Shown here: in pieces, positions 9,375-20,130 of the stretch | How the letters are laid out: the number at the start of each line of letters is the position of its first letter | Numbering within the stretch: position 1 is the stretch's first letter | Assembly (NCBI GenBank): GCA_905478185.1 | Contig: CAJQHO010000025.1 | Span: 15,499-79,498, forward strand | DNA length: 64,000 bases | Direction: 5' to 3' | DNA from: an uncultured Flavobacteriales bacterium | Lineage (GTDB): Bacteria; Bacteroidota; Bacteroidia; Flavobacteriales; BACL11 | Made by a program: the position numbers and the translations under genes | Notes under the pieces: generated by a model | The model's database searches: none | What the model was told of the DNA's origin: nothing | What the model saw: the letters and a program-made list of their open reading frames with translations, nothing else

Positions 9375-10211
9375 ATGAAAAAACCAAAATGGTTAAAAGT
9401 TAAGCTGCCAACTGGTCAGGCTTACAAAAATGTAAGAGGGATTACCAAATCTCATGATTTGCATACTATTTGTGAAAGTGGTAATTGTCCTAATATGGGC
9501 GAGTGTTGGGGAGAAGGTACTGCAACTTTTATGATATTAGGAAATATATGTACAAGGTCATGTGGTTTTTGTAATGTTATGACAGGAAGGCCTTTAGCTG
9601 TTGATGTTTTAGAGCCTAAAAAAGTTGCTCGATCAGTTAAATTAATGGAAGTTAAACATGCTGTAGTTACTTCAGTTGATAGAGATGACTTAAAAGATGG
9701 TGGAGCGAGTATTTGGGTGGAAACTATCAATGAGATTCGTAAAGAAAATCCGCACACAACTATGGAAACTTTAATCCCTGATTTTAAAGCAAGGTTACAA
9801 GATATTCAGCCAATAATTGATGTAGCTCCTGAAGTTGTGTCTCATAATGTAGAGACAGTAAGAAGGCTCACAAAAAAAGTTAGAATTCAGGCTAAATATG
9901 ACAGAAGTTTAGATACGCTTAGGTTCTTATATGAGGGGGGTATTAAAACTAAATCAGGGATTATGTTGGGGCTTGGTGAAACTGAAGATGAAGTTATTGA
10001 AACTATGCGCGATTTGCGTAAAGTTGGCGTTCAGATTGTAACTATCGGACAATATCTTCAGCCTACTAAAAAGCATTTACCAGTTTTCGAGTATATTACT
10101 CCTGAGCAATTTAAAAAATATGAAGAAATTGGAAAGTCATTAGGATTCAGGCATGTTGAAAGTGGTCCTTTAGTTCGTTCTTCATATCATGCTGAAAAGC
10201 ATATTCATTAG
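9375..10211 (+). CDS. lipA: lipoyl synthase
   Basis: Radical-SAM CTRSCGFC cluster motif plus the N-terminal [12 protein letters not shown] motif. The track ORF starts at a TTG (9357); ATG at 9375 is more likely. Confidence 0.95.
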   Translation: MKKPKWLKVKLPTGQAYKNVRGITKSHDLHTICESGNCPNMGECWGEGTATFMILGNICTRSCGFCNVMTGRPLAVDVLEPKKVARSVKLMEVKHAVVTSVDRDDLKDGGASIWVETINEIRKENPHTTMETLIPDFKARLQDIQPIIDVAPEVVSHNVETVRRLTKKVRIQAKYDRSLDTLRFLYEGGIKTKSGIMLGLGETEDEVIETMRDLRKVGVQIVTIGQYLQPTKKHLPVFEYITPEQFKKYEEIGKSLGFRHVESGPLVRSSYHAEKHIH

Positions 10212-10257
10212 TAAAAAGTATTTTTCTAATTATTGTTGTTTGTTTAGCTTTAAACCT

Positions 10258-10265
10258 TATATTTG
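10258..10265 (+). promoter_or_regulatory. -7 box (TAnnTTTG) for the M43 protease gene
   Basis: TATATTTG upstream of the ATG at 10298. Confidence 0.45.
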
Positions 10266-10297
10266 TAACCTTAAATTTAACAAACAAATCATTAGAT

Positions 10298-13003
10298 ATG
10301 AGAAATAAAATTTTACCATTATTTTTAGGTGTATTATTGTCAGCAAACTTCAGCTTTGCTCAAAAGTGTGGAACTTATGAAGGTTCATTTGAAAATGAAA
10401 AAAATAAATTTCCAGAATTTTACCAATCTATAGAAAGTAAAAATTCAGATTTACAACAAAGTCATTTAAAAGCATTAAACAAAATGACTTCATTAAAAGT
10501 TGAGAATGGAGTTAGAATTATTCCTGTTGTTGTTCATGTTATTCATGATTTAGGAAATGAAAATATTTCTGACGTTTCAATTCAAGGTGCTTTAGATATT
10601 TTAAATGCAAATATTAATGGGCAAGGGGCTAACTTTTTAAATAAAACACCAGATATTTTTGCTGCTGTTAGAGGTGATTTAAAGGTTGAGTTTAGATTAG
10701 CAAAACTTGATCCAAACGGAAATCCCACTACAGGAATAAATAGAGTTAGGTCAACTTTGACTGATGAACCTGAACCTAGAGATGCAGTTAAATCGTTAAG
10801 TTATTGGAATTCTTATCAGTATTTAAATATTTGGACTCTTAAAAAGTTTGCTCCACAGGATGATGGAAATACACTTTTAGGTTATGCTCAGTTTCCTTGG
10901 AGCGGTTCAATGTCAACTGATGGTGTTGTTTTATTAGCGAATCAAATGGTTAGTGGTGGTACATTAACTCATGAGTGTGGACATTGGTTAGGACTAAGGC
11001 ATGTTTGGGGAGATGCAGTTTGTGGTGATGACGGAGTAAAAGACACTCCCCCTGCAAGAGAGCCTAATTTTGGAATTAATATGAATCATTTCCCATATCA
11101 TGTTGGGTTGGCTCCACCTGCAGGTCAAACTGGAGCTTGGGGGTGTATAGCAGATTCATTAAATCCTGCTGGAGAGATGTTTGTAAACTATATGGATTAT
11201 TCGAATGATGCAGATGTAACTATGTTTACTAAAGGACAAAATGCTATTATGAATGAAGTTCTTGATGGTAATTATGATGAAGAAACTCAAACTTCAGGTG
11301 TAGGTTTTAGAGAGTATATGTGGTCTAATGAAAATATATCCTTAACTGGAACAGCTGATGGCTATATGACTCCGACTTGTACGCAAGAAGCTACTTTTAA
11401 TGTTATTGGTGGATCTTCTTCAATTTGTGCAGGTGAATCAATTCTATTGAAAGGGAATAAAACTATGTTCGGTACTGGGAATGTAAGTTCTATGACATGG
11501 GATTTTGGTGATGGAAATACGGATAATTCAGGAGAGAATTTCCTTGCTCATGATTATATTTCAACAGGTTCTTATGATGTCACTTTGACTATTGAATATA
11601 ATGAGATGACTGAGGCAAGAGCTAGTTCTTTGGCTGACTTAGATATTGCAAATGCAACATCTTATGATTCTATAACTTCAACATTAATAGCTCAAGGTTC
11701 ACTGGCTGAATTAGAGGAAGTAAATGCAACGAATATTAATTTACATCTTGATGTTGATTCTTTTAGTATCGCATCTTATTTTGCGCATATCCCTGTTGAC
11801 AGCATGGTAGGGGAGCATTCTTCTGTTTATTATGGGCTTGATACATTTATGTTAATTTTTGATACTCCTAAAGGTGATGTTTTAGATACAGAATCTTCTG
11901 ATAGATTAACGAATTGTTATTCAACTTGGATAATAGATTCAGTGGTTGGATCTCAAAATACAGCTACTTTGGTGTGGGAATATGATACATTGACTTATTA
12001 TTTTGGTTTGTATTCTGCTGATGCTTATGACGCATACTTTATGGATACTCTTTTCTATAGAGGAAATGTAGAGCAAACTGTTTATATTGCTTATTTCTCA
12101 AATACATGTATTTCTACTACTACAGTTGAAAACTTCATTAAAGTAGGCTCAAATTCATCTTCAAATAATGCTGGCTCTTATTCTTATAGTTTTGAAAATG
12201 CTTCAGAATTAGATGATGACTGGGTTATTAATCAATCAACTGATGTTGCTAGTGGTTGGGAGTTTAATGCTGGTGATTTTACTGAATGGAAATGGAATTC
12301 TAGTGTTGCAGCTCATGGTGATGCTTCTATTATGATAGATGCAGAAGAATTAGGAGGAGTATTAAGATCTACAGAAATAATTTCAGGTGCTTATAACTTA
12401 TATGATTTAAATGATCCTGCAATTAAGTTTTCATGGTCAGGTGCTGCTGCAAATACTTTCCCAGTTAATGAACTAATTGTTACATATTCTGATAATTGTG
12501 GTGAGGACTGGAAATCACTTGGAACAATTAATGCTTTATTGGCTGCTAATGCAGGATTATATACAACTAGATTTGTGCCTAAACCATCTGAGTGGAATGA
12601 TACAATTATGTCAAAAAGCCAACTTAAACATGATAATATCCGCTTTAAGTTTGAATATGTAATTAGCGGAAATACAAATAATTTTTATTTAGATAATATT
12701 ATGATTGGTGAAGCTGACGCATTAATGACTGCACAAAATCAAAATAATTCAAGATTATCTGTTTATCCTAACCCAACAAATGGAAATGCAGTTATTGATA
12801 TTGAGAATCTTGCAGATGTAAATATTGAGGTTACTTTAATCAATATACTAGGATCAAAAGTAATGGAACTTTATAGTGGAGCAGTAGTAAGTAACTACCA
12901 GTCAATTGATGCGAATCTTACTAATCTTGATAAAGGAATCTACTTTGTAAGAGTTAATTCTAATGGAAATACAATTCTTACAGATAAGTTAATTCTTAAG
13001 TAA
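10298..13003 (+). CDS. secreted M43 (cytophagalysin/pappalysin-type) zinc metalloprotease with PKD, MAM-like and T9SS C-terminal domains
   Basis: HECGHWLGLRHVWGD zinc motif. PKD-like TWDFGDGNTDN...YDVTLTI. C-terminal LSVYPNPTNGNAVIDI...GIYFVRVNSNG...KLILK, a type-A-like T9SS CTD. Confidence 0.8.
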   Translation: MRNKILPLFLGVLLSANFSFAQKCGTYEGSFENEKNKFPEFYQSIESKNSDLQQSHLKALNKMTSLKVENGVRIIPVVVHVIHDLGNENISDVSIQGALDILNANINGQGANFLNKTPDIFAAVRGDLKVEFRLAKLDPNGNPTTGINRVRSTLTDEPEPRDAVKSLSYWNSYQYLNIWTLKKFAPQDDGNTLLGYAQFPWSGSMSTDGVVLLANQMVSGGTLTHECGHWLGLRHVWGDAVCGDDGVKDTPPAREPNFGINMNHFPYHVGLAPPAGQTGAWGCIADSLNPAGEMFVNYMDYSNDADVTMFTKGQNAIMNEVLDGNYDEETQTSGVGFREYMWSNENISLTGTADGYMTPTCTQEATFNVIGGSSSICAGESILLKGNKTMFGTGNVSSMTWDFGDGNTDNSGENFLAHDYISTGSYDVTLTIEYNEMTEARASSLADLDIANATSYDSITSTLIAQGSLAELEEVNATNINLHLDVDSFSIASYFAHIPVDSMVGEHSSVYYGLDTFMLIFDTPKGDVLDTESSDRLTNCYSTWIIDSVVGSQNTATLVWEYDTLTYYFGLYSADAYDAYFMDTLFYRGNVEQTVYIAYFSNTCISTTTVENFIKVGSNSSSNNAGSYSYSFENASELDDDWVINQSTDVASGWEFNAGDFTEWKWNSSVAAHGDASIMIDAEELGGVLRSTEIISGAYNLYDLNDPAIKFSWSGAAANTFPVNELIVTYSDNCGEDWKSLGTINALLAANAGLYTTRFVPKPSEWNDTIMSKSQLKHDNIRFKFEYVISGNTNNFYLDNIMIGEADALMTAQNQNNSRLSVYPNPTNGNAVIDIENLADVNIEVTLINILGSKVMELYSGAVVSNYQSIDANLTNLDKGIYFVRVNSNGNTILTDKLILK

Positions 13004-13022
13004 TAGATAAATAAATATAAAT

Positions 13023-13053
13023 AAAAAAGCCATCAGAAATGATGGCTTTTTTA
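13023..13053. terminator. bidirectional intrinsic terminator between the M43 protease gene (+) and lpxH (-)
   Basis: AAAAAA-AGCCATCA-GAAA-TGATGGCT-TTTTT. Perfect 8-bp stem with an A-run on one side and a T-run on the other. Confidence 0.75.
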
Positions 13054-13791
13054 TTTATTATAAGTTTTTAGATTGAGTTTTCCTTCTTCAAGTACTCCAT
13101 AAGTATTTTGGCTTAACCATTCTCCAAGGTTAATGTAGGTTGCTTTTTCGTCAACTTTAAGCTCTAAAGGGATGTGTCTGTGTCCGAACACATAATAATC
13201 AACAGGATTATTTTTTTGCATTTTCTCACAATATCCAAAAAGTAATTCTTTATCTTTTGAAGCAAATGGTACTTCACTGCTTTTTCGGCTACTTTTACTC
13301 CAAGTGTGAGCTAAGCTTAGACTAAAGTTAGGATGTAAACGAGCGAATAGAAACTGACAAACTTTAGATGTAAAAACTTGCTTTAAAAGTTTGTATAAAT
13401 AATCCCCACTCCCTAAACCATCTCCATGCCCAATAAATAACTTTTTATTTTGTTCTTCTACAACAATTGGTTTATGATGTATAGTGATTCCTACCTCTTC
13501 TGTTAAGTAGTTTTGCATCCATAGGTCATGATTGCCTACAAATAAATGGACTGCTATTCCTTTGTCAGTTAGTTCTGCAATTTTTCCTAAAACTCGAACA
13601 AATCCTTTTGGAACTACTTTTTTGTATTCAAACCAGAAATCAAAAATATCACCAACTAAGTAAATTGCTTTTGCATCTTTCTCAATTGAAGTAAGCCAAC
13701 TTACAATAAGTTTCTCTCTCTTATGGCTTTCTTCTATGTTTGGGCTTCCTAAATGGAAGTCAGAAGCAAAATATATATTTTCTTTAGTCAA
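13051..13791 (-). CDS. lpxH: UDP-2,3-diacylglucosamine hydrolase
   Basis: Calcineurin-like metallophosphoesterase motifs (FASDFHLG, GDIFDFW, GNHDLW, GHRH). Confidence 0.85.
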   Translation of the reverse strand: MTKENIYFASDFHLGSPNIEESHKREKLIVSWLTSIEKDAKAIYLVGDIFDFWFEYKKVVPKGFVRVLGKIAELTDKGIAVHLFVGNHDLWMQNYLTEEVGITIHHKPIVVEEQNKKLFIGHGDGLGSGDYLYKLLKQVFTSKVCQFLFARLHPNFSLSLAHTWSKSSRKSSEVPFASKDKELLFGYCEKMQKNNPVDYYVFGHRHIPLELKVDEKATYINLGEWLSQNTYGVLEEGKLNLKTYNK

Positions 13792-13793
13792 GA

Positions 13794-15242
13794 TTATTTT
13801 TCTAGTTCAGTTTTTAGTAATTGGTTTGCTAATTTAGGATCAGCTTGCCCTTTTGAAAGCTTCATTACTTCCCCCATAAACAAACCAATCAACCCTTTTT
13901 TACCTCCTTTATATTGCGCAACTTTTTCTGGGTATTTTGCAATTGCTTGAGTAATGTATTCTCCTAAAGCATCACTATCACTTTCTTGCACCCAATTATT
14001 TTCAGTAGCAATTTCTTCAGCAGTTTTATTGCTACTTAACATTGCAGGAAAAACTTTTGATGTAGCAACTGAGTTACTTATTCTTTCATCATCAACTATA
14101 CTAATAAGTGTTGCTAATTGTTCAGTTGAAATGCTGAAATCTGATATTGAAACTGCATTTTCATTAAGGTAAGATTTTACACTTCCGTTAACAAAATTGG
14201 CAGCTGATTTAAAGTTTTTTGTATGTGAGCATAGCTCATTATAATATAGTGCAATCCCTTTTTCGTCTATAAGAATATTGGTATCATAATCTGACAAACC
14301 GTATTCAGTTGTAAATTTACTGTATAGTTCTTTCGGTAAAGGTGGTAGTTGACTCTTAACTTGTGAAATATATTCTTCAGTTACAATTACGGCTTGTAAA
14401 TCTGGTTCCGGGAAGTATCTGTAGTCATTTGCTTCCTCTTTATGTCGCATGGAAATAGTAGTGTTGTTTGCAGCATTAAAACTTCTTGTTTCATGCACAA
14501 CAGTTCCTCCTTCCTCTAATATTTCAATTTGTCTGTCAATTTCAAATTCGATTGCTCTTTTTACATTTCTTGTTGAGTTCATATTCTTTACCTCAACTTT
14601 AGTTCCGAATTCTGTAGCTCCTTTAAGCATTACTGAAATATTTGCATCACATCTTAAGGATCCTTCCTCCATATTTCCATCACAAATATCTAGGTAACGA
14701 ACTAATTTTCTCACTTCATTTATGTATTGATAAGCTTCATCTGATGATCTAACATCAGGTTCAGACACAACCTCAACTAAAGGTACACCTGCTCTATTTA
14801 AATCAACTAAAGTGTGGAAAGGATCTAAATCATGAATAGATTTTCCAGCATCTTCCTCCATATGAATTCTAGTGATTTTAATGTCTTTAGGATTTCCATC
14901 TGCATCTTTAATAGTGATTACCCCACCGTTACAAATAGGTGTAGTGTCCTGTGTTATTTGATATCCTTTAGGTATATCAGCATAAAAGTAATTTTTACGA
15001 GCATATTCATTTCTTTCTCTGATATCTGAACCAACTGCTATACCTAGCCGCACAGCATATTCAATAACTTTAGCATTTGATTTGGGTAGAGTTCCAGGGT
15101 GGCCTAATGAAATTACTGATGTTTTTGTATTGGGTGTAGCCCCATAAATATTCTCATCAGACGAATATGCTTTTGTTTTTGTAAGTAATTGTGCATGGAC
15201 TTCAAGCCCAATCACAACTTCATATTTATCTCTTAAACTCAT
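13794..15242 (-). CDS. gatB: Asp-tRNA(Asn)/Glu-tRNA(Gln) amidotransferase subunit B
   Basis: YEVVIGLEVHAQL... and a full-length GatB pattern including the C-terminal YqeY-like tail. Confidence 0.95.
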   Translation of the reverse strand: MSLRDKYEVVIGLEVHAQLLTKTKAYSSDENIYGATPNTKTSVISLGHPGTLPKSNAKVIEYAVRLGIAVGSDIRERNEYARKNYFYADIPKGYQITQDTTPICNGGVITIKDADGNPKDIKITRIHMEEDAGKSIHDLDPFHTLVDLNRAGVPLVEVVSEPDVRSSDEAYQYINEVRKLVRYLDICDGNMEEGSLRCDANISVMLKGATEFGTKVEVKNMNSTRNVKRAIEFEIDRQIEILEEGGTVVHETRSFNAANNTTISMRHKEEANDYRYFPEPDLQAVIVTEEYISQVKSQLPPLPKELYSKFTTEYGLSDYDTNILIDEKGIALYYNELCSHTKNFKSAANFVNGSVKSYLNENAVSISDFSISTEQLATLISIVDDERISNSVATSKVFPAMLSSNKTAEEIATENNWVQESDSDALGEYITQAIAKYPEKVAQYKGGKKGLIGLFMGEVMKLSKGQADPKLANQLLKTELEK

Positions 15243-16585
15243 TATTCGAATAATACTTTTCCTGATTCTATTTGTTTCCCTCCTATATTAAGGCTGTAAA
15301 AATACAAACCATTCGCTAAATTTCCTCTTTTAATAGTAGTTTGATTTTTACTAATTGCAACATCCATTAATTTTGCTCCTAGGCTATTGTAAAGTGTAAA
15401 GTTATTAGCAGTATTATTAGTAATTGTAATCTGATTTGTAGCAGGAACAGGGTAGATGCTAGGTTTTAAATTTGTTTCAATTGTATGAGTTGTTCCACTA
15501 GTTAAATCAATAATATAAAGTCCTGTTTGCATATCAGAAACAATAATATTCCCAGATGATAAATAAGGGTAAACTCCCCAAGCTCCTTTATAGGACGCAT
15601 GGCTATTAGGAGCATAAGTATCATATTCCCAAGTTTGAACAGGATTACTTGGGTCAGAAATATCAAATACTCTTAAGCCATCATGGTAATAAGGAATATA
15701 GACCAAATCTCCTTTTATAATACCATTATGTGCCATTGATTGCGAATCAACTCCAGAATTAAAAGTAGCTAAAACTGAAATATTACTTAAGTCGGAAACA
15801 TCTAGTATTTTCACGTCATATCCATGATTTTCATCTTGCATAATATATAGCGTTCCATCATCATTAAGCCATCCAGAATGGTTATAGCCAGCATCTGGAT
15901 AAGATGTTAATGATGCTAATTCAACCCAAGCTGTTCCTGGTAATAAATCAAGGTAATGAAAATCTATAATTCTAAACCCATCATTTCCGCAATTAAGATA
16001 TGCTGTGTCGTTACGAACATAAGCATCATGAACATGCCCTACGGCATTGTATGAATAAATTAAAGTCGGATCTTTTGGATCAATTAGACTATATATATCC
16101 ATTGCTGAATTAGAAGCACAAGCATATAGTTTTGCTGTTGCTGTATCAATAAAAATATTATGAGATTTTGTAAATAGCGCATTGGAGTCATAAACGGTAG
16201 TTACTGAGTCAGGTAAAGTTGAAATGTCAATTATTTGTAATGTAGACGAACTTCCTTCATCACAAACTACATATAAGTACCCTTGGAAATCATGATAATC
16301 TCTATGGATTACTCCACCACCTTGGTATGCTCCTGCAACATAAGCAACTTGTGTTGCATTTGCAGGGTCAGTTACATCAAAAAAGTGGGTACCATCAGTT
16401 GATCCTATAATTGCTATTTCACTTCCGTTTACTTCCAGACCCCAACATTCGTTATAAGTATTGTTGTAAGCCCAAGAACCCATTAAAGTTGTGTCCTGCC
16501 AATTGTATAAAAGCGTTCCTGTTTGTTGTGCATTTGAGCTGATGCCAAGAAGAGCAATAGCTACTATTAAAATAAATTTATTCAT
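15242..16585 (-). CDS. secreted beta-propeller protein (choice-of-anchor B / LVIVD-repeat-like) with T9SS C-terminal domain
   Basis: Signal peptide and repeated propeller-like blades. C-terminal PSIYPVPATNQITI...GLYFYSLNIGG...GKVLFE. Its stop overlaps the gatB start (TAATG). Confidence 0.55.
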   Translation of the reverse strand: MNKFILIVAIALLGISSNAQQTGTLLYNWQDTTLMGSWAYNNTYNECWGLEVNGSEIAIIGSTDGTHFFDVTDPANATQVAYVAGAYQGGGVIHRDYHDFQGYLYVVCDEGSSSTLQIIDISTLPDSVTTVYDSNALFTKSHNIFIDTATAKLYACASNSAMDIYSLIDPKDPTLIYSYNAVGHVHDAYVRNDTAYLNCGNDGFRIIDFHYLDLLPGTAWVELASLTSYPDAGYNHSGWLNDDGTLYIMQDENHGYDVKILDVSDLSNISVLATFNSGVDSQSMAHNGIIKGDLVYIPYYHDGLRVFDISDPSNPVQTWEYDTYAPNSHASYKGAWGVYPYLSSGNIIVSDMQTGLYIIDLTSGTTHTIETNLKPSIYPVPATNQITITNNTANNFTLYNSLGAKLMDVAISKNQTTIKRGNLANGLYFYSLNIGGKQIESGKVLFE

Positions 16586-17394
16586 TATATTGATTCGATT
16601 AGTTCTTTAATAATTAGGGTTAGTTTTGGTTCAGCTACTTCTGATACTTTTTGAATTTCTTCATGAGTTACCTTTTGTATTTTACCAGGGACTCCTAAAT
16701 CAGTAATTACGGACATGGCAAAACAAGGAATATTCATATGACGAGCAACAATCACTTCAGGAGCAGTGGACATTCCAACAGTATCTCCACCAATAATTCT
16801 CATGTGATTGTATTCAGCTGGAGTTTCTAAAGTTGGACCTGTAAGTGCAACATAAACTCCTTTTTGTAAAGGCAGATTATTTGCCTTTGCAATGCTTTCT
16901 GCTTTACTGATTAAATCTCTGCAATAAGGTTCACTCATATCAGGGAATCTAGGGCCTAGTTCAGCAATATTTTCGCCAATTAACGGATTAGGAATAAGGT
17001 TGATATGATCACTTAAAATCATTAAATCACCTACTTCATAATCTGGGTTTACACCTCCACTAGCATTAGATACTACTAGGTTTTCTATTCCTAAAAGTTT
17101 CATTACTCGCACAGGAAAAGTAACTTTATCCATAGGGTAGCCCTCATAAAAATGAAAACGTCCTTGCATAGCGACTACTCCTTTTCCTCCTAGATTTCCG
17201 AAAATTAATCTTCCACTATGTCCCTCAACAGTTGAAAGAGGAAAGTTAGGAATGTCTTTATAAGAAATAGAATGTTTAATGTCAATTTCATTAACTAAAC
17301 CTCCAAGCCCTGTACCTAAAATGATACCAACTTTTGGTTGGTTATTTGTTTTTTTTTGTAAGAATTCAGCTGATTCTTTAATTTTTTGCAACAT
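16585..17394 (-). CDS. purine nucleoside phosphorylase (PNP family, trimeric type)
   Basis: GHSGRLIFG...MQGRFHFYEGY...VSNASGG...GDTVGMSTAPE motifs. Confidence 0.9.
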   Translation of the reverse strand: MLQKIKESAEFLQKKTNNQPKVGIILGTGLGGLVNEIDIKHSISYKDIPNFPLSTVEGHSGRLIFGNLGGKGVVAMQGRFHFYEGYPMDKVTFPVRVMKLLGIENLVVSNASGGVNPDYEVGDLMILSDHINLIPNPLIGENIAELGPRFPDMSEPYCRDLISKAESIAKANNLPLQKGVYVALTGPTLETPAEYNHMRIIGGDTVGMSTAPEVIVARHMNIPCFAMSVITDLGVPGKIQKVTHEEIQKVSEVAEPKLTLIIKELIESI

Positions 17395-18457
17395 AGTTTA
17401 ATATTTGTCTGTTAAAGATTTCTTGTTCTGAAAATGCAATATCAATAGGGATATAATAGAAATTTGCATCTTCAAAGTGGGCTAATAATTCTCTTAATTT
17501 AGTAGCATCTTTTTCGGTGGTCAAGATAAGTTTTTTTGCACTTTCATCAGCATTGTATTTTGCTAAGATTTTTTGAGCATCATAAGTAGTATAGGAATGA
17601 TGATCTTTAAATGTAATTTGACTTATAGTGTGCCCTTTGTTTTCTAACTGCTCCACTAGGGGTTTTGGGTTTACTATTCCGCTTACTAAAGTAATGCTGT
17701 ATTTTTGATCTGAAGTAAATTCCTTATTTGTGCTTATGCACCTCCAAGTGCAGTAGTTAATGTGTGAGAAATAAGCTTTTTGATGTGCAAAAAGATGGAG
17801 CCTTTCTAGCATCCCCTTTTTTAAAGTTGGGTTGATATTCTCTGGTGTTTTACTAAAAACGATTGCATTTGCTCTTTCTGCTCCTTTTTTGCTTTCCCTT
17901 AAATTACCAACTGGCATTAAATTATCTTTGTAAAAAGGACTTGCGTAAGGCGTAATGAGAATATTAAATCCTGCTTTTATCCATCTGTGTTGATAGCCAT
18001 CATCAAGTAGTATAACATCAGTTTCAGGAAAATCTTTTAGGATTTTTTTCACCCCTTTATTCCTATTTTTTTCTACTACAACTATGCAGTTAGGATTGTT
18101 TAGTTTTAACTGTAAAGGTTCATCACCTACTTCAGTAGCAGTTCTTGTTGTTTCAACATATTGTAGAGTTGATGTTTTTCGCCCATATCCTCTGCTGAGG
18201 ATAGCAACTTTATAATCAGTTTTTAGTAGATTAATAATGTACTGTGTGTGTGGTGTTTTCCCTGTACCACCTACTGATAAATTACCAATACAGATGATAG
18301 GTATGTTGTGGCTTACGGATTTAAATATTCCATAGTCGAATAACAAATTACGAATGGCTGTAATCCTACCGTAAATGAATGATAATGGGATTAATAGAAA
18401 ATATATAAGGGATTTAAAAGTATGTATATTAAAATTAGTCCATTTCATCTTTCGCAA
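17378..18457 (-). CDS. lpxK: tetraacyldisaccharide 4'-kinase
   Basis: P-loop GNLSVGGTGKTP and SRGYGRK; LpxK length and pattern. Confidence 0.85.
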   Translation of the reverse strand: MRKMKWTNFNIHTFKSLIYFLLIPLSFIYGRITAIRNLLFDYGIFKSVSHNIPIICIGNLSVGGTGKTPHTQYIINLLKTDYKVAILSRGYGRKTSTLQYVETTRTATEVGDEPLQLKLNNPNCIVVVEKNRNKGVKKILKDFPETDVILLDDGYQHRWIKAGFNILITPYASPFYKDNLMPVGNLRESKKGAERANAIVFSKTPENINPTLKKGMLERLHLFAHQKAYFSHINYCTWRCISTNKEFTSDQKYSITLVSGIVNPKPLVEQLENKGHTISQITFKDHHSYTTYDAQKILAKYNADESAKKLILTTEKDATKLRELLAHFEDANFYYIPIDIAFSEQEIFNRQILNYVAKN

Positions 18458-18510
18458 AGATAAGATTTAGATTTAAGATACTAGAAATTGAGGGATAGAC
18501 TTTGTTTTTG

Positions 18511-18518
18511 TATTTTTG
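18511..18518 (+). promoter_or_regulatory. -7 box (TAnnTTTG), 4 nt before the Nif3-like gene start
   Basis: TATTTTTG-AAAA-ATG. Confidence 0.45.
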
Positions 18519-18522
18519 AAAA

Positions 18523-19311
18523 ATGAAAATAATAGAAGTAACAAATTTTTTAGAACAGTATGCTCCATTGGAATATCAAGAAACTTATGATAATTGTGGG
18601 CTAAATATAGGTGATGCAAATGCTGAGATTAAGGGTGTTCTTATCACTTTAGATTGTATAGAAAGTGTAATTGATGAAGCAATAGCAACAGAGTGTAACC
18701 TTATTGTGGCTCATCATCCTATTATTTTTTCAGGATTAAAAAAAATCAATGGAAAAAACTATATTGAACGCACAGTAATAAAAGCAATCAAAAACGATAT
18801 TGCTATTTATGCCATACATACTAACTTGGATAATGTGCATAATGGTGTAAGTGCTAAAATTGCTGATCAATTAGGGCTTGAAAATTGCAAGGTTTTAGCT
18901 CCTAAAAATGAGGTGGAAAATAGTTCAGTTGGTTCGGGTATTTTAGGAACATTAAAAACTCCTATTAGTTCTGCTGATTTTCTAAAGCAGTTAAAATCCA
19001 GTATGCAAACAAATTGTGTGAGGCATACTGCACTAGTAAAAGATGAAATAAAAACAGTTGCAGTTTGTGGTGGTAGTGGTAGTTTTTTGCTTAACAATGC
19101 AATTGCTGCTAAAGCGGATGTTTTTATTACTGCTGATTTTAAATATCATGAGTTCTTTGATGCTGAAAATAAGATTGTTATTGCAGACATTGGGCACTAT
19201 GAAAGTGAGCAATTTACAAAGGATTTGATTTATGATTTGCTTGTCAAAAATTTTACTAAATTTGCCGTCCGATTATCAAAAGTGAACACTAATCCGATAA
19301 AGTACTTATAA
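18523..19311 (+). CDS. Nif3-like dinuclear metal-centre protein (NIF3/YbgI family)
   Basis: DNCGLNIGD...LIVAHHPIIF...YAIHTNLD...ADIGHYESE motifs. Confidence 0.85.
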   Translation: MKIIEVTNFLEQYAPLEYQETYDNCGLNIGDANAEIKGVLITLDCIESVIDEAIATECNLIVAHHPIIFSGLKKINGKNYIERTVIKAIKNDIAIYAIHTNLDNVHNGVSAKIADQLGLENCKVLAPKNEVENSSVGSGILGTLKTPISSADFLKQLKSSMQTNCVRHTALVKDEIKTVAVCGGSGSFLLNNAIAAKADVFITADFKYHEFFDAENKIVIADIGHYESEQFTKDLIYDLLVKNFTKFAVRLSKVNTNPIKYL

Positions 19312-20072
19312 TGGCAAAAAAAACAAAAAAAACTACTGCTTCAGTAGAGGATAAATTAAAAGCGTTACACCTACTTCAAGTTATTGATACTAAAGTTGAT
19401 AAAATTAGAATTATCAGAGGTGAACTGCCTTTAGAAATTGAAGATTTAGAAGATGTAATTGTTGGTTTAAATTCAAGATTAGAGAAACTTAATGAGGATT
19501 TAGCAACTTCTAAAGATGTAATTGTTGGCAATAAAAATTCGATTGCTTTAGCAACTGAAGCTATCGAAAAGTACGAGAAGCAATTAAAAAACATCAAGAA
19601 TAATCGTGAGTTTACTTCATTAACTAAAGAAGTAGAGTACCAAAACTTAGAAATTCAGATTGCTGAAAAGAAGAAAATTCAGAATGAAGCAAATGTTTTA
19701 CATAAAACAGAAATTATTAATGCTTGTAAGGAGCAAATTTCTGAAAAAGATGAAGAATTAAAAATTAAGCAAAGTGAGCTTGACGAGATTGTAAAAGAAA
19801 CTGAGAAAGAAGAAAAAGCGTTAATGACTGATTCTGCTAAAGCTGAGAAAGTTATTGATGATAGATTACTTGGAGCTTACAAAAGAATTAGATCAAAAGT
19901 AGCAAACGGTATGGCTGTTGTTTCTGTTGATAGAAATGCTTGTGGAGGTTGTTTTGCAACTATTCCACCTCAAAGAGAATTGGACATTCAAATGCATAAA
20001 AAAGTAATTGCTTGTGAGCATTGCGGTAGAATTATGATTGATGCTAACATCTTTGAAGAGCAAGAAGCTTAG
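19311..20072 (+). CDS. coiled-coil zinc-ribbon protein (DUF164/C4-type zinc-ribbon family)
   Basis: Long coiled coil, then CGGCFATIPPQ...CEHCGRIM. Usually found next to the Nif3 gene. Confidence 0.75.
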   Translation: MAKKTKKTTASVEDKLKALHLLQVIDTKVDKIRIIRGELPLEIEDLEDVIVGLNSRLEKLNEDLATSKDVIVGNKNSIALATEAIEKYEKQLKNIKNNREFTSLTKEVEYQNLEIQIAEKKKIQNEANVLHKTEIINACKEQISEKDEELKIKQSELDEIVKETEKEEKALMTDSAKAEKVIDDRLLGAYKRIRSKVANGMAVVSVDRNACGGCFATIPPQRELDIQMHKKVIACEHCGRIMIDANIFEEQEA

Positions 20073-20090
20073 TAAAATTTAGAACTATTT

Positions 20091-20125
20091 AAAAGGGATT
20101 TCATATTTTTGGAATCCCTTTTTTT
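20091..20125 (+). terminator. intrinsic terminator after the zinc-ribbon gene
   Basis: AAGGGATTTC-ATATTTTT-GGAATCCCTT followed by TTTTT. Confidence 0.7.
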
Positions 20126-20130
20126 ATGCC

